IMG/VR virus record: IMGVR_UViG_3300017909_002920
Coordinates: 1-30,405 of that record
Source: a virus
Taxonomy: Duplodnaviria > Caudoviricetes
Length of the DNA: 30,405 bases
Direction: 5' to 3' (one strand)
Every line of letters starts with the position of its first letter. The first letter of the stretch is position 1. The position numbers and the translations under genes are program-made. This document shows positions 8,156 through 17,826 of this stretch, in pieces. The notes beneath the pieces are model-generated. The model had not been told where the DNA came from, did not search any database, and was given only the letters and a program-made list of their open reading frames with translations.

Positions 8156-9057
8156 TGTCTCGTTTGACGCAACCGCCCCTTGAAGACGGGGACCCGATTA
8201 ACGCCGCCAGCTTGAACGACCGGTTCACGCAATTTGCGCAACCCGCGGGAATCAACGCCTTCAACACGCGGGACGCGGCCTTTGACCTTCCCGCCTTCAA
8301 CGATAACGCCCGGTTTCTTGCAAAGGGAATGGCGGTATCCGAAATGGGATACAACCAATACAAACACGCGTTTTACAACACATTTTCCGGGCAGACAACC
8401 GGGGCGTTGCCCTGGCGCGTGTTGGATTCCGGCGGTTTGGATGAATCCCTTTCATTTGGGCCTTTGGGTTTCACGTTGGTTGAAGGGGACGCCTTGCGGG
8501 TCTATTGGGACTTGTCCATCCGCCCGCGTTGGGAAGGCGCGGCAAGGCCGTGGTTGCTTGCGGCGTTGAACTTCTCGCTTCCGCAATCGGGCGGCGGGGT
8601 AGCCCTTGAAATATCCAACGGGTACGGATGTTGGGCGTTTTGGCTTCAATGGGACATCACGGACAACACGCTTTCCAACTTTGTAAACGTGCCCGGACAA
8701 GGCGATTTCAATACCCCGGTTGTGGCGACCCGCGGCGGGGAACAGCTGAACAACTGCAAGTCAACGTCCGTTGCGCCCGCCATTCTTGAATACGCGGACG
8801 TGGTTGATGAAGGGGAACTTTCCGGGTCCATCGTGACAACGCCCGTTGGATGGACAAGCGTGGATGGTTCCTGGCATTACGTCCGCCCGTCCGGAAGCGT
8901 GACCGTGTATGGCGTCCGCGTGGTATTTTCCGGACCGTTTGGCGCATACCATTCCGGAACCCAAAACTATTTGGTCCGCAACGACGTGATTGCAACGTCC
9001 GCCAGGTTGGACCAACAGGCGGGAAGTATTCAAGCCCTTCATATGCGGACGAAATGA
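8155..9057 (+). CDS. Tail or fibre-like virion protein (300 aa)
   Basis: TAATG overlap fixes the start at 8155; N-terminal EDGDPINAASLNDRF resembles the G..+.A..+N..F motif of podovirus fibre N-termini. Confidence 0.65.
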   Translation: MSRLTQPPLEDGDPINAASLNDRFTQFAQPAGINAFNTRDAAFDLPAFNDNARFLAKGMAVSEMGYNQYKHAFYNTFSGQTTGALPWRVLDSGGLDESLSFGPLGFTLVEGDALRVYWDLSIRPRWEGAARPWLLAALNFSLPQSGGGVALEISNGYGCWAFWLQWDITDNTLSNFVNVPGQGDFNTPVVATRGGEQLNNCKSTSVAPAILEYADVVDEGELSGSIVTTPVGWTSVDGSWHYVRPSGSVTVYGVRVVFSGPFGAYHSGTQNYLVRNDVIATSARLDQQAGSIQALHMRTK

Positions 9058-9058
9058 A

Positions 9059-9784
9059 ATGGCATACACGCCCCCCAACACGTTTGCAGACGGAACCACG
9101 TTGGTTGCCGCGGAGCTGGAAGGGAACCTTCAAGCGTTGCGGGCCTATCTTCACCGTTCCGTTTTGTCGGGAGATATTGAAACGTCCAAGTGGATTGACA
9201 CGCGGCACGTTCAACCGCCCGATTATGACGCGTTCACGGGCCTTCAACATGGCGTGACCGGCTACCAGGGCGGACAATGGGCGGGCGGTACTCAAATCCG
9301 CTTGCAGTTCGCAACCAAGTATTTGTCCGGGAACGGGCGTCCGGAAAGCGAAACTTTCCACGCGATACCCCAAAGCGCGGTTTCCCTTGCGCTTAGACAA
9401 CCCGCGTTTTGCCTGTTTCATTACTGGTTTGAGCTGGAAAACGGGCGGGATTCTTCCACGGCCGCATACCAACTTCCAGTTGCGGAACGCCGCGTTTTCG
9501 TTGTCCCGTATACAGGCGTTGGTCCCTTTGAATCCGGGGACGCATATGCGCACCGGGCAAGGGTACAGGAAACCCGCAACGTCAATGAAAGCCTTGGAAG
9601 TTCATACCCAATCGGATTGGACCGCCCCTTTGTCCTTGCGGGAGGGTATGGCGCAAAACAAGGAACGTTTGCCCTTTCACGGGATAGTCCGGGGACGATT
9701 ACCTTTGGACTTGCGGCCCAATCATTGACGGACCGTTGCGGTATCGTGAACTGGGGTTTTGCCGCGGAAGTCTTCTATTTCTAA
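9059..9784 (+). CDS. Tail or fibre-like virion protein (241 aa)
   Basis: ATG 9059 lies 1 nt after the previous stop; MAYTPPNTFADGTTLVAAELEGNL is a fibre-type N-terminal motif. Confidence 0.65.
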   Translation: MAYTPPNTFADGTTLVAAELEGNLQALRAYLHRSVLSGDIETSKWIDTRHVQPPDYDAFTGLQHGVTGYQGGQWAGGTQIRLQFATKYLSGNGRPESETFHAIPQSAVSLALRQPAFCLFHYWFELENGRDSSTAAYQLPVAERRVFVVPYTGVGPFESGDAYAHRARVQETRNVNESLGSSYPIGLDRPFVLAGGYGAKQGTFALSRDSPGTITFGLAAQSLTDRCGIVNWGFAAEVFYF

Positions 9785-9797
9785 GGGATGAACTGAA

Positions 9798-10460
9798 ATG
9801 CCGGAACCAATCAGTTTGACAACCGCCCTATTGGTTGCAGGCGGCTTGAAGGCCGCGGGCGGTATCGCGTCCGGGGTTGGGCAAGCCCGTGCCGCAAAAA
9901 AAATGATGTTGTCCCCGGAAGAACAAAAGCGCCTTGCGGAACTGCAAGAACGGCAAGCCCGTGGTGAACTTGGGTTGACCGAACGGGAACGCGGCGTGAT
10001 GGAACAACGCTTCCTGGCGGAACAAGCGGGCGCCCAACGGGAGCTGGAAGCCGCGGCCCTTCAACAAGCCGCCGCACGTGGGTTGGGCGGTGCCATTTCC
10101 GGGCGGGAAATCTTCCTTGCAGAACAAGCAGAAGCGGGCGCGGAACAGGAAGCGAGACAACGCCAAAACCTTGCCGTTGAAGAAATCAACCGGTCGGAAG
10201 CCGCGGCGGAAGCGGCAACCATCAACGCCATGGTTGCAAGTCAAAAGGCCGCGGAAGCGCAACGCATCCAAGGGATTGCAAACGCGTTTTCATTGGGCTT
10301 TGGTGCCGCGGGAGATACCGCGGGCCAATATGCATCTATGGCCAATGAAGCGGAGCTTGCCCGCATCCAAGCGGAAATCAAAGCGGGAACCAATGCGCAA
10401 GCGCAAGGTGAACTGGAAACGCCAGGTGAACGGAACTTTGGAATGGGGACGCAAGCATGA
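9798..10460 (+). CDS. Small DNA-ejection (pilot) internal virion protein (220 aa)
   Basis: Gly/Ala-rich hydrophobic N-terminus (ALLVAGGLKAAGGIASGVG) followed by Ala/Gln/Glu helices, as in P22 gp7 and T7 gp14; first of three helical genes. Confidence 0.7.
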   Translation: MPEPISLTTALLVAGGLKAAGGIASGVGQARAAKKMMLSPEEQKRLAELQERQARGELGLTERERGVMEQRFLAEQAGAQRELEAAALQQAAARGLGGAISGREIFLAEQAEAGAEQEARQRQNLAVEEINRSEAAAEAATINAMVASQKAAEAQRIQGIANAFSLGFGAAGDTAGQYASMANEAELARIQAEIKAGTNAQAQGELETPGERNFGMGTQA

Positions 10461-12589
10461 TTCCGACCGGAAAACGCCCAAAGTATTTGGACCGCTATGC
10501 CCGCGTAGCCGCGGCCGCATACCGCGTGGAACAAATCACCAAAGCCGTTGAAGATGAACAAGCGCGGGTCCAATACTTGGATTCCTTGCTTGCGTCCGAA
10601 CGTCAAACCCTTGCGGCCTTGAATGAAACCTTCCGCGCAAGGCCCGTGGATTTTGCGGACGCCCAACGGCTATTGAAGGAACAAGCGGAGCTGGAAACAA
10701 CCATTGGGCTTGCCGAGGAAGCGGGGCAAGCCGCCGCGGCAAGGGCAAGCCGTCTTCCGGAAGATGAACGCCGGGAACTGGTTGTATTGACCCGGACGCA
10801 ACCCGCGCAAGCAATCGCCAAAGCGGAACGGTTGATTGCCCAATACCCTGGCGCGGCTTCCAAGGTATACGCGGACGTTGAACGGATGAAGGAACGCTTC
10901 AACCCGGATGACGTGGAAGCAATCCGCCGCCTGGCGCAAGCCGCCCGCGGGCCTTCCGTGGGTATCCCCGCCGCGGCACGGGAACGCGTGGAAGCCGCCA
11001 AACAAGCGTTTTCCGAAAGTATGGAATCCGCGTATTTCGCGGGACCTTCCGGTATCCGCGGCGGGTATGAAGGTCTTGAAGTTGCGCAATTGCGGGAGCT
11101 AACCGCCCAACAGTTGCGGGAACGTGCCGCCGCCGCGGATGAAGCGCAAGCCGCCCGCCTTGAAGCCCGTGCCGCGGCCTTGGATGCGTCCGCGTTTTCG
11201 ACCGGGGAAGATGCCCTTGCGGCCGCGTTGACAACCATTCGGACAACCGGGGACCCGCAAGCGATTGAAGATGAATACGCGCGTTCCGTGTACCAAGAGG
11301 CGTTGGAACGCCAGGCATACCGGAACGACCAACGGGCGGACTTTGAACAGGAAGTCTTGGATTCCCGCAAGCGGCTTGCAGAACTGCAACGGGAGCGGAC
11401 ACGCCTTGCGGGCGCCTATGACGACCCGCGCCAGGAAGTATTGCGGCGGGAGTTGCGCGCGCGTGGATTCAAAGTTGAAGACCCGTACATTTTGAAGGAT
11501 GGCAAGTACGAAAAGAACCCGCAAGCCTGGCGGAACGCCTACTTGAAGTATCAGAACACGCCCGAATACGCGTATTACATTGGGGCGCATGAACGCGTGG
11601 ATGAAGCCCTTGCGGGGGACAAAACGCTTTCCCCGTCAACGCGTGCCGAAAATATCGCGGTTTCCTTCACGATGATGCGGGACCGCCGCGGGGAAATGAC
11701 AACCCCGGAAGAACTTGCCAAACAACTTGAAAAGGCCGGAATCAAAGGGCGGGAGCTGGCGGACGCGGTTTCCTTCACCATGGCGTGGTGGAATCTTGGG
11801 GGACCCAATCAGGATGAAGCCACGGTCAAAGCACGGAAGGAACAGGAAGCGCAAGCGGAGCTGGAAGAAACCAAACGCCGCGATGAAGCCACGGACCTTG
11901 CACGCCAAACGGAAGACCAACGTGCGGAAGTGGCCCGCAAGGAAGCGGCAACCATGGGGGCAACCCAAGACTTGCGGCAACGTCAAGCCCTTGCGCAGAA
12001 ACGCCAAAGCGGCAAGGCATACATTGAAGAATACAAACGGCAGATTGCCATGGGCAAAACACGGGATGAAGCCGTTGCGATTGCACGGGACAAGGCCCTT
12101 GAAGTAGCCGCGGCAACAGGCGAACTTGCCCCGGATACTTCCGCCGCCGCGCAACGCGTCATCACGGGACAACGCCAAACCGTTGAACTTCCGTTTGAAG
12201 ACATCACACGGACCGCAAGGGGACTTCCGCCCGTGCAACCGGAACCGGAACTGTTCCAAGACCCGCGGGCGCCTTCCTTCCAGTACCGGAAAGTTGAAGG
12301 CGGATATGAAATCTACCGCAACGGGGAAAAGTTGAAGGACCTTGCAAGGCCCGGAACGGTCCCTTTCCGGTCGATTCAACGCGTAATGGAAGGGAAGGAA
12401 GCCTTGCCGGTGCAACGCCAGCAAACGGCTTCCACGGTCCCGGAAACAACGCCCGCGGTCCAAACCCTTGAAGAAACCACTATCCGTGCGGACAAGCCCG
12501 CCGCGGAACCGGAAGCAAAACCGGAACCGTTGCCGGACTTTTCCAAAATGACGGATGAAGAACTGCGCAAGTTGGCGGGCGGACAATGA
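10457..12589 (+). CDS. Middle DNA-ejection/internal virion protein (710 aa)
   Basis: Ala/Glu/Arg-rich helical sequence, ATGA-coupled on both sides; ejectosome-like position. Confidence 0.65.
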   Translation: MIPTGKRPKYLDRYARVAAAAYRVEQITKAVEDEQARVQYLDSLLASERQTLAALNETFRARPVDFADAQRLLKEQAELETTIGLAEEAGQAAAARASRLPEDERRELVVLTRTQPAQAIAKAERLIAQYPGAASKVYADVERMKERFNPDDVEAIRRLAQAARGPSVGIPAAARERVEAAKQAFSESMESAYFAGPSGIRGGYEGLEVAQLRELTAQQLRERAAAADEAQAARLEARAAALDASAFSTGEDALAAALTTIRTTGDPQAIEDEYARSVYQEALERQAYRNDQRADFEQEVLDSRKRLAELQRERTRLAGAYDDPRQEVLRRELRARGFKVEDPYILKDGKYEKNPQAWRNAYLKYQNTPEYAYYIGAHERVDEALAGDKTLSPSTRAENIAVSFTMMRDRRGEMTTPEELAKQLEKAGIKGRELADAVSFTMAWWNLGGPNQDEATVKARKEQEAQAELEETKRRDEATDLARQTEDQRAEVARKEAATMGATQDLRQRQALAQKRQSGKAYIEEYKRQIAMGKTRDEAVAIARDKALEVAAATGELAPDTSAAAQRVITGQRQTVELPFEDITRTARGLPPVQPEPELFQDPRAPSFQYRKVEGGYEIYRNGEKLKDLARPGTVPFRSIQRVMEGKEALPVQRQQTASTVPETTPAVQTLEETTIRADKPAAEPEAKPEPLPDFSKMTDEELRKLAGGQ

Positions 12590-15500
12590 CACCGGAACAG
12601 ATTGCCGCCAGGCGGGAACTTGTCCGGCGGGAGCTGGCGCGGCGGGAGCTGGCGCGGCGGGAGCGGGCTAAAATCCCACTTCCAAGGGAACAGGAAGAAC
12701 CCGTGGTGTTTGCGCCCGCGGGGGAAGTTGCGGAAGCCGCGGAAGCGGAAGTTGCGGAAGCCGCGGCGGAACGCGTTGCGGAAGCGGGCTATTTCGAAGT
12801 TCCGGGGCGGTCCGTATTGCAGGCGGAAGGGCGGGAGCGGGAAGCCCTTGCGGCCCAACAGGAACGGCAACGTGGGCGGGTTGCTATGCCTGGCGTCCGC
12901 GGTCCCGTGGAAGTCACGGAAGGAATCTTCCGGCCTTCCCGTATCCAAACGGTGGAAACCTTTGAACGTCCCGCGCCAGGAACGGGCGTCCTATTGGAAC
13001 CGCCGGAACCGGAACGGATTGCCGCGGCGGACTTGCCCGTGCCGTTCGACCCGTTGACCTTGAAGCCCACGTTGCGCCGCATGTATCGGGACCCGGAAAC
13101 CGGTACGTTTTCGGAACCCACGCTTGCGCAAGAGTTCCGGGAGGCCGCGGCCTTGCAGACGGAACGCGGGGAAGAAGCCTTGCGGGAGCGCCAGGCGGAC
13201 ATTCAACGCCAACAACGGGAACTGGATGCGGCCCTTGCGGCGGGGGAGCCAATCCCGTTCTATGAACAGTACGTGGGCAACCCCATTTCCGGTGTTCTAT
13301 CGCGGGCAGAACAAGGCGTTGGCGTGGTGGAAACTGAGTTGACCGCCGCCTTGCGTGCGGCCCTTTCATGGGGCGCCGTTGCCGCGGGGGACGCGTACTT
13401 CCGCGGCCTTGGGTATGAAGTCGACGAAAACGGGTACCCGTTGGACCCGGATGATTTTGGGTATGAAGTTGCCAAAATCCGGGAATCCTTGGGTATCCCG
13501 GAACTTGTCACGCCCTTTGGCGGCTTGAAAGGCGCGGCCCAATACTATGGCGAAAAGGCCGGGCTATCCCCGGAAGACATCACAACCATTGAAAATGCGT
13601 TGGATGCAATCCCGCAACTTGCCATCCCCCTTCCCGGCGTTGCCACGGAAAGCGGAACGCGGAAGGTCACAACATTTGACCCGGAAGGCCGCCGCCGCGT
13701 GGAAGACGTGGAAGTACCGTATCCGTGGGAAGACCCCAAGGGTTTCATCAAAGCGGAAGCCCGCCGCATTACCCAAAACGTTGCAAAGGGACGGACTTGG
13801 GGGGATGAATACTTGGATTCCCCGGCAACGCGGGAGTTTTATGCGCACGCAACCGGGGACGCGGACAACGCGTATATTGCGGGCATGATTCCGGAAATCT
13901 TGATTCCGGGACCGGAAGTCCTATTATCCGCGCCGGGCTACCTGGCGGGAGCCGCGGCGGATGTTTTGCGGGCGTCCCGCAACTTGGGACCGCTAATCCG
14001 GGCGGAACGTGCGGTGAAGATTACCGCGCAACAGTTGAAGAACGCCCGTGCCGCGGACGTACCGGCGGCGGAAATCGTCCGCTTTGAAGCCGCGGCGGAA
14101 CAAGCGTTGCGGCGGCACGCGGCCCTATCGGATGCGGCGGGGGACTATGACCCCACGCTATTGCGGAAGGTAGCGGAAAAGTCCGCGGATAAGGTTTTGA
14201 AGAACAAGTCCCCGGAACAGTTGCGGGACGTGCGGGCGGCCCTTGCCGCGTCTGATAGGCCGGAAACCATTGGGGAGCTGACGGATACCTTGCGGGGACT
14301 GTTGGCGGAAGATGACGTTGCGCGGATTACCACGTTGACGCAACGGAACCTTCCGGCGGACTTTGTATCCTTGACGGATACAATTGCGGTTCCCCGCGCC
14401 CAACTTGCGGCTGCAAAGGCGGCCTTGAAGGAACACCGGTCCGCGGCCTTTGTAAAGCCTTCCGGGGAAGTCTTGGAAGACTTGTTCAACCTGGCGCGGA
14501 AAATGCCGGAAGGCCCCAAACGGGATGCGGTACTGAAAACGTACCGGTCCGCACGTGCGGAGCTGGATGCGGTAGCAGCTCCCGCCCGCGGCTATGCGGG
14601 GTTGGGCAAATCACGCCGCCAGGTTGAAAACGCAATCAAAGCCGCGGCACGGGAAACCGGCGTGGAAGATGCGGCGGAATACGTCCGCCGGTTCGACCAA
14701 CGCCCGCCGCGGGACTTGCCCCTTGGGGACACGCCGCTTGCAAAGGAGCTGGCGAAATACGACAGTTGGCAAGACGTCCCCGCTACCTTGCGGCGGCGGG
14801 CGGTCGATTCTTACGACATAGCCGCGGCCCCAAAGTTGGCCCGCGGTGCGCGGCTTTCACGGGATTTGACGCGGGCGCAACTGTTCTTCAAGTCCGCCGG
14901 GAACGGCCTATTGGATGACACGTTCTTGCGTTCACGGTTCATGGATTCCATGCGGATGCGGCGGTTCCTTGCGCGGTTTGGTCGCTTGCGGACGGAAACC
15001 AAGGCCGTTGCGGACATTGGGCGGGAAATCCGCCTTGCGGGCAAGACCGCCTTGCGCACCATGGAAACCAAGTTGAAGGCGGGGATTGCCCGCTTTGGCA
15101 ACGTGGAAGATGCGGTTGACGACCTATTGAAGTCTGAGTTGACGCAAGCGGGGGAAGGGCCGCAACAGGCGTGGGAAGCCCTTTGGGGGATGGTCTACGG
15201 GGACGCGGTAAAGGATGACTTGGTTGCCGCGGTACAGGAATCCAAGGCGTTGCGCATGGATGAAGCGGGGGATTTTGCCGATTACCCGACCATTGAAACC
15301 GCAACCGCTATTGACCGCCTGTTTTCGGACCTTGAAGGCGTGATTCCGGGCGTTACCCCGGACCTTGCAGAAAAGGCGGAACGGGTAGGGTTGGGCGGTA
15401 TCGTTACCCCGGACTTCATCCCCGCGTTCTTGAAGGTCACCTTTGAAAACGGCTTGAAGAAAACGATTGCCGCCCGCAAGCGGTTGACCGGGGCGGTTCA

Positions 15501-17337
15501 AACGGCCGTGGATGATGTCATCTTGAACACGGACTTCACGCGTCCGACCGGGGCAACCCTGTTGGAGCGGGCGCAAGCGGCGGTCCGGATTCCGGGGCGC
15601 GGTGCGGTCCTTCCGGAAGACTTGTCCCGCCAGCTCGGAAACCGGATTCAGGTATATGACAAGTCCGCCGGAACCGCGGAAAAGGCCCTTGCGGAAGGCG
15701 CAGAATCCTTGGTTGTGGCGTTGGAAGAAATCCCGGTGCGGGAGCGGGCGGCGGTCGGGAAAATGGCGGCGGACGCCTTGGACTTTGTAGTCGGAACCGG
15801 GCGGCGGAATATCAGTCAACGATTGCAGTACGGGTACATTGTTCCCAACTTGCCCGTCCAAGTGGGAAGAACCCTTCAAATGGGGTTGGTCCCGTTCTTC
15901 ACCATTGGTGCGCGGAACGCGTTGCAGGCGTTTGACCGGGCGGGACAACGGGCGTTGTCCGCGTTGACGCGGCGGCGTGTCCTTGGGGGCGGACTTACAA
16001 CGGAAAATGGCGTATACCTATCGCCCAAAGTGCTTGATGATTTGGCGGATGAATACGGGCTTGGATTGACGCAAGTGGAAACGGAACGCGTGGGTTCCCT
16101 TGCGTCCGATATGATACGCGCCGCAAAGCGCCAGGCGCGGCGGGTTGAAGACCCGGACAACGCGGATTTGGTACAGTCCTTGGAAGAAATGGACCCGTTT
16201 TCCCGTGGGTACTTCCTACGGGTAGCGGAAGCCGCGGAACTAAACTTCCGCAAGTCCGTGTTTGAAATGGCGCTTGCACGCGGGGACGCCCCCCAAGACG
16301 CGGCGGAGCTGGCGCGGAAATCGCAACTAAACTTCCAAGACGTTCCGGATGCGGTCCAACGGACCCTTGGAAAGTACGTGGGGGAATCCGCCTTCCTGTA
16401 TCGGGCGGGGACGGAAGCCTTGCTTGCGATTGCGGCAAGCCCCAAACGTGCCGCCCGTGTTTTGCGGACCTTGCGGGCCAAAGCGGAAGTCCAAGACCCG
16501 TACAACATCCACGGGGACAAGGCGTTGAAGTCCATGGGCATTATTCCCAAAGGGGATGATGAAGTGTATTACTTGCCGGAAATCCCCGCGTTGCAACCCG
16601 TGGAAGCCGCCCTTGGGACCATCCGTTCCGTTGACAACTTGGTTGATGACTTGCGGTTTGCAACCACGCAATCCGCGGGAGTTATGGACGCCATTCAAGG
16701 CAAGCCGTTCACGGCTGGAACTGCAATCCAGTTGGGCGGTGAAGTCATCATGCCCGCGGTATTACAAGCGTATGACCGGTTCCAGGAAGGGGAAGAATAC
16801 AAAACCACGGACGTTCCGGACGCAAAGCCGTTGTCCGATGAACAAGCGTTTTGGGCGTGGATGATTATTGCCAACAACCGGGACCCGGAACATACCAACG
16901 GACAATGGGCCGCGTTCACCACGCTTGCGCCAATCAAACAACTTGAACCGCCCGCGGACAAGGCGTCCAAGTCCATCCCCGGTGCATGGACGGAACAACC
17001 GCCGGAAGGTATCCCCCACGTTTTGGTGGATGTCATTGACGGGGAACCGGCCTATTTCGTAGCGGAACCCACGCCGCAAGCGTTGTCCAACATCCGCTTT
17101 GCACGCAAAATGGACGTTGCCGGTTTGGACCGCCTGTTGCCCGCATACGCAATCCTTTCCGAACGGGACCGCGGTACCGCTCCCGTGTCCGTGTTTACGG
17201 AAGGCCGCCTTCCAACCACGTTGACGGAAGCCGCCGGGGAAGCCTTGCTTGGGTTTGAACAAGCGGATGTCCAACGGGAGCTGGAACGCCAGGCGGGAAC
17301 AGTCCGGGACATCCGGGAAGGAATCGAGATACAATAG
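12586..17337 (+). CDS. Large DNA-ejection/internal virion protein (1583 aa)
   Basis: Largest ORF and helical. The segment AELNFRKSVFEMALARGDAPQDAAELARKSQLNF resembles large podovirus ejection proteins. No enzymatic motif recognised. Confidence 0.7.
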   Translation: MTPEQIAARRELVRRELARRELARRERAKIPLPREQEEPVVFAPAGEVAEAAEAEVAEAAAERVAEAGYFEVPGRSVLQAEGREREALAAQQERQRGRVAMPGVRGPVEVTEGIFRPSRIQTVETFERPAPGTGVLLEPPEPERIAAADLPVPFDPLTLKPTLRRMYRDPETGTFSEPTLAQEFREAAALQTERGEEALRERQADIQRQQRELDAALAAGEPIPFYEQYVGNPISGVLSRAEQGVGVVETELTAALRAALSWGAVAAGDAYFRGLGYEVDENGYPLDPDDFGYEVAKIRESLGIPELVTPFGGLKGAAQYYGEKAGLSPEDITTIENALDAIPQLAIPLPGVATESGTRKVTTFDPEGRRRVEDVEVPYPWEDPKGFIKAEARRITQNVAKGRTWGDEYLDSPATREFYAHATGDADNAYIAGMIPEILIPGPEVLLSAPGYLAGAAADVLRASRNLGPLIRAERAVKITAQQLKNARAADVPAAEIVRFEAAAEQALRRHAALSDAAGDYDPTLLRKVAEKSADKVLKNKSPEQLRDVRAALAASDRPETIGELTDTLRGLLAEDDVARITTLTQRNLPADFVSLTDTIAVPRAQLAAAKAALKEHRSAAFVKPSGEVLEDLFNLARKMPEGPKRDAVLKTYRSARAELDAVAAPARGYAGLGKSRRQVENAIKAAARETGVEDAAEYVRRFDQRPPRDLPLGDTPLAKELAKYDSWQDVPATLRRRAVDSYDIAAAPKLARGARLSRDLTRAQLFFKSAGNGLLDDTFLRSRFMDSMRMRRFLARFGRLRTETKAVADIGREIRLAGKTALRTMETKLKAGIARFGNVEDAVDDLLKSELTQAGEGPQQAWEALWGMVYGDAVKDDLVAAVQESKALRMDEAGDFADYPTIETATAIDRLFSDLEGVIPGVTPDLAEKAERVGLGGIVTPDFIPAFLKVTFENGLKKTIAARKRLTGAVQTAVDDVILNTDFTRPTGATLLERAQAAVRIPGRGAVLPEDLSRQLGNRIQVYDKSAGTAEKALAEGAESLVVALEEIPVRERAAVGKMAADALDFVVGTGRRNISQRLQYGYIVPNLPVQVGRTLQMGLVPFFTIGARNALQAFDRAGQRALSALTRRRVLGGGLTTENGVYLSPKVLDDLADEYGLGLTQVETERVGSLASDMIRAAKRQARRVEDPDNADLVQSLEEMDPFSRGYFLRVAEAAELNFRKSVFEMALARGDAPQDAAELARKSQLNFQDVPDAVQRTLGKYVGESAFLYRAGTEALLAIAASPKRAARVLRTLRAKAEVQDPYNIHGDKALKSMGIIPKGDDEVYYLPEIPALQPVEAALGTIRSVDNLVDDLRFATTQSAGVMDAIQGKPFTAGTAIQLGGEVIMPAVLQAYDRFQEGEEYKTTDVPDAKPLSDEQAFWAWMIIANNRDPEHTNGQWAAFTTLAPIKQLEPPADKASKSIPGAWTEQPPEGIPHVLVDVIDGEPAYFVAEPTPQALSNIRFARKMDVAGLDRLLPAYAILSERDRGTAPVSVFTEGRLPTTLTEAAGEALLGFEQADVQRELERQAGTVRDIREGIEIQ
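12610..12667 (+). repeat. In-frame 15-bp tandem repeat encoding (RRELA)n
   Basis: CGGCGGGAGCTGGCG is exact at 12625-12639 and 12640-12654, with degenerate copies at 12610 and 12655. Confidence 0.9.
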
Positions 17338-17369
17338 GGCCGCCGGTCCACGCAAGCGGAGGAAACCAA

Positions 17370-17822
17370 ATGCCCACGCGTATTACCAACTTCATTCACG
17401 ATAGCGTCCAAGCCCCTTCCCCCGCTCCCGTGTTGGGGACGGCCTTTGATGCGAACGACGTGCATACCCACGACCTTCAAGCCACGCTTCCCGCTATGCA
17501 GCGGAACAAGCGGAACTTCCAAGGTATCGTGGAAGGTATCCACGTCCGGTTGACAAGTACCGGGGCGCCTTCCGCTACCAAAATTACAATCCGCATTTGC
17601 GCGGACGCGGCGGGGAACTTGACCTTGGTTCCGGACACGGAAGCGGATTTGGTTGCGGGTATTTCCGACACCACAACCCAATGCGCGGCGTTTTCCGTGA
17701 GACTTCCGCTTTTCCAAATCCTTGCCGGTCCGGGTAACGGCAACCTGTACCTTTTCGCCAAAGTGGACAACGCGACCAACGCGCCCAACTTCGCCCAATC
17801 CTGTATCACCTGGCGGGAGTAG
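17370..17822 (+). CDS. Putative virion structural protein (150 aa, beta-rich)
   Basis: Strong GGAGGA SD at 17358-17363; beta-strand pattern; no assignable family. Confidence 0.8.
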   Translation: MPTRITNFIHDSVQAPSPAPVLGTAFDANDVHTHDLQATLPAMQRNKRNFQGIVEGIHVRLTSTGAPSATKITIRICADAAGNLTLVPDTEADLVAGISDTTTQCAAFSVRLPLFQILAGPGNGNLYLFAKVDNATNAPNFAQSCITWRE

Positions 17823-17826
17823 GCCA

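Noticed and set aside
11636-12592. Long antisense ORFs (also 2255..3187, 8708..9553, 15124..15948, 17052..18008 and others)
   Set aside because: They shadow well-supported genes, have no motifs or RBS, and are expected because CTA/TTA are scarce in this genome.
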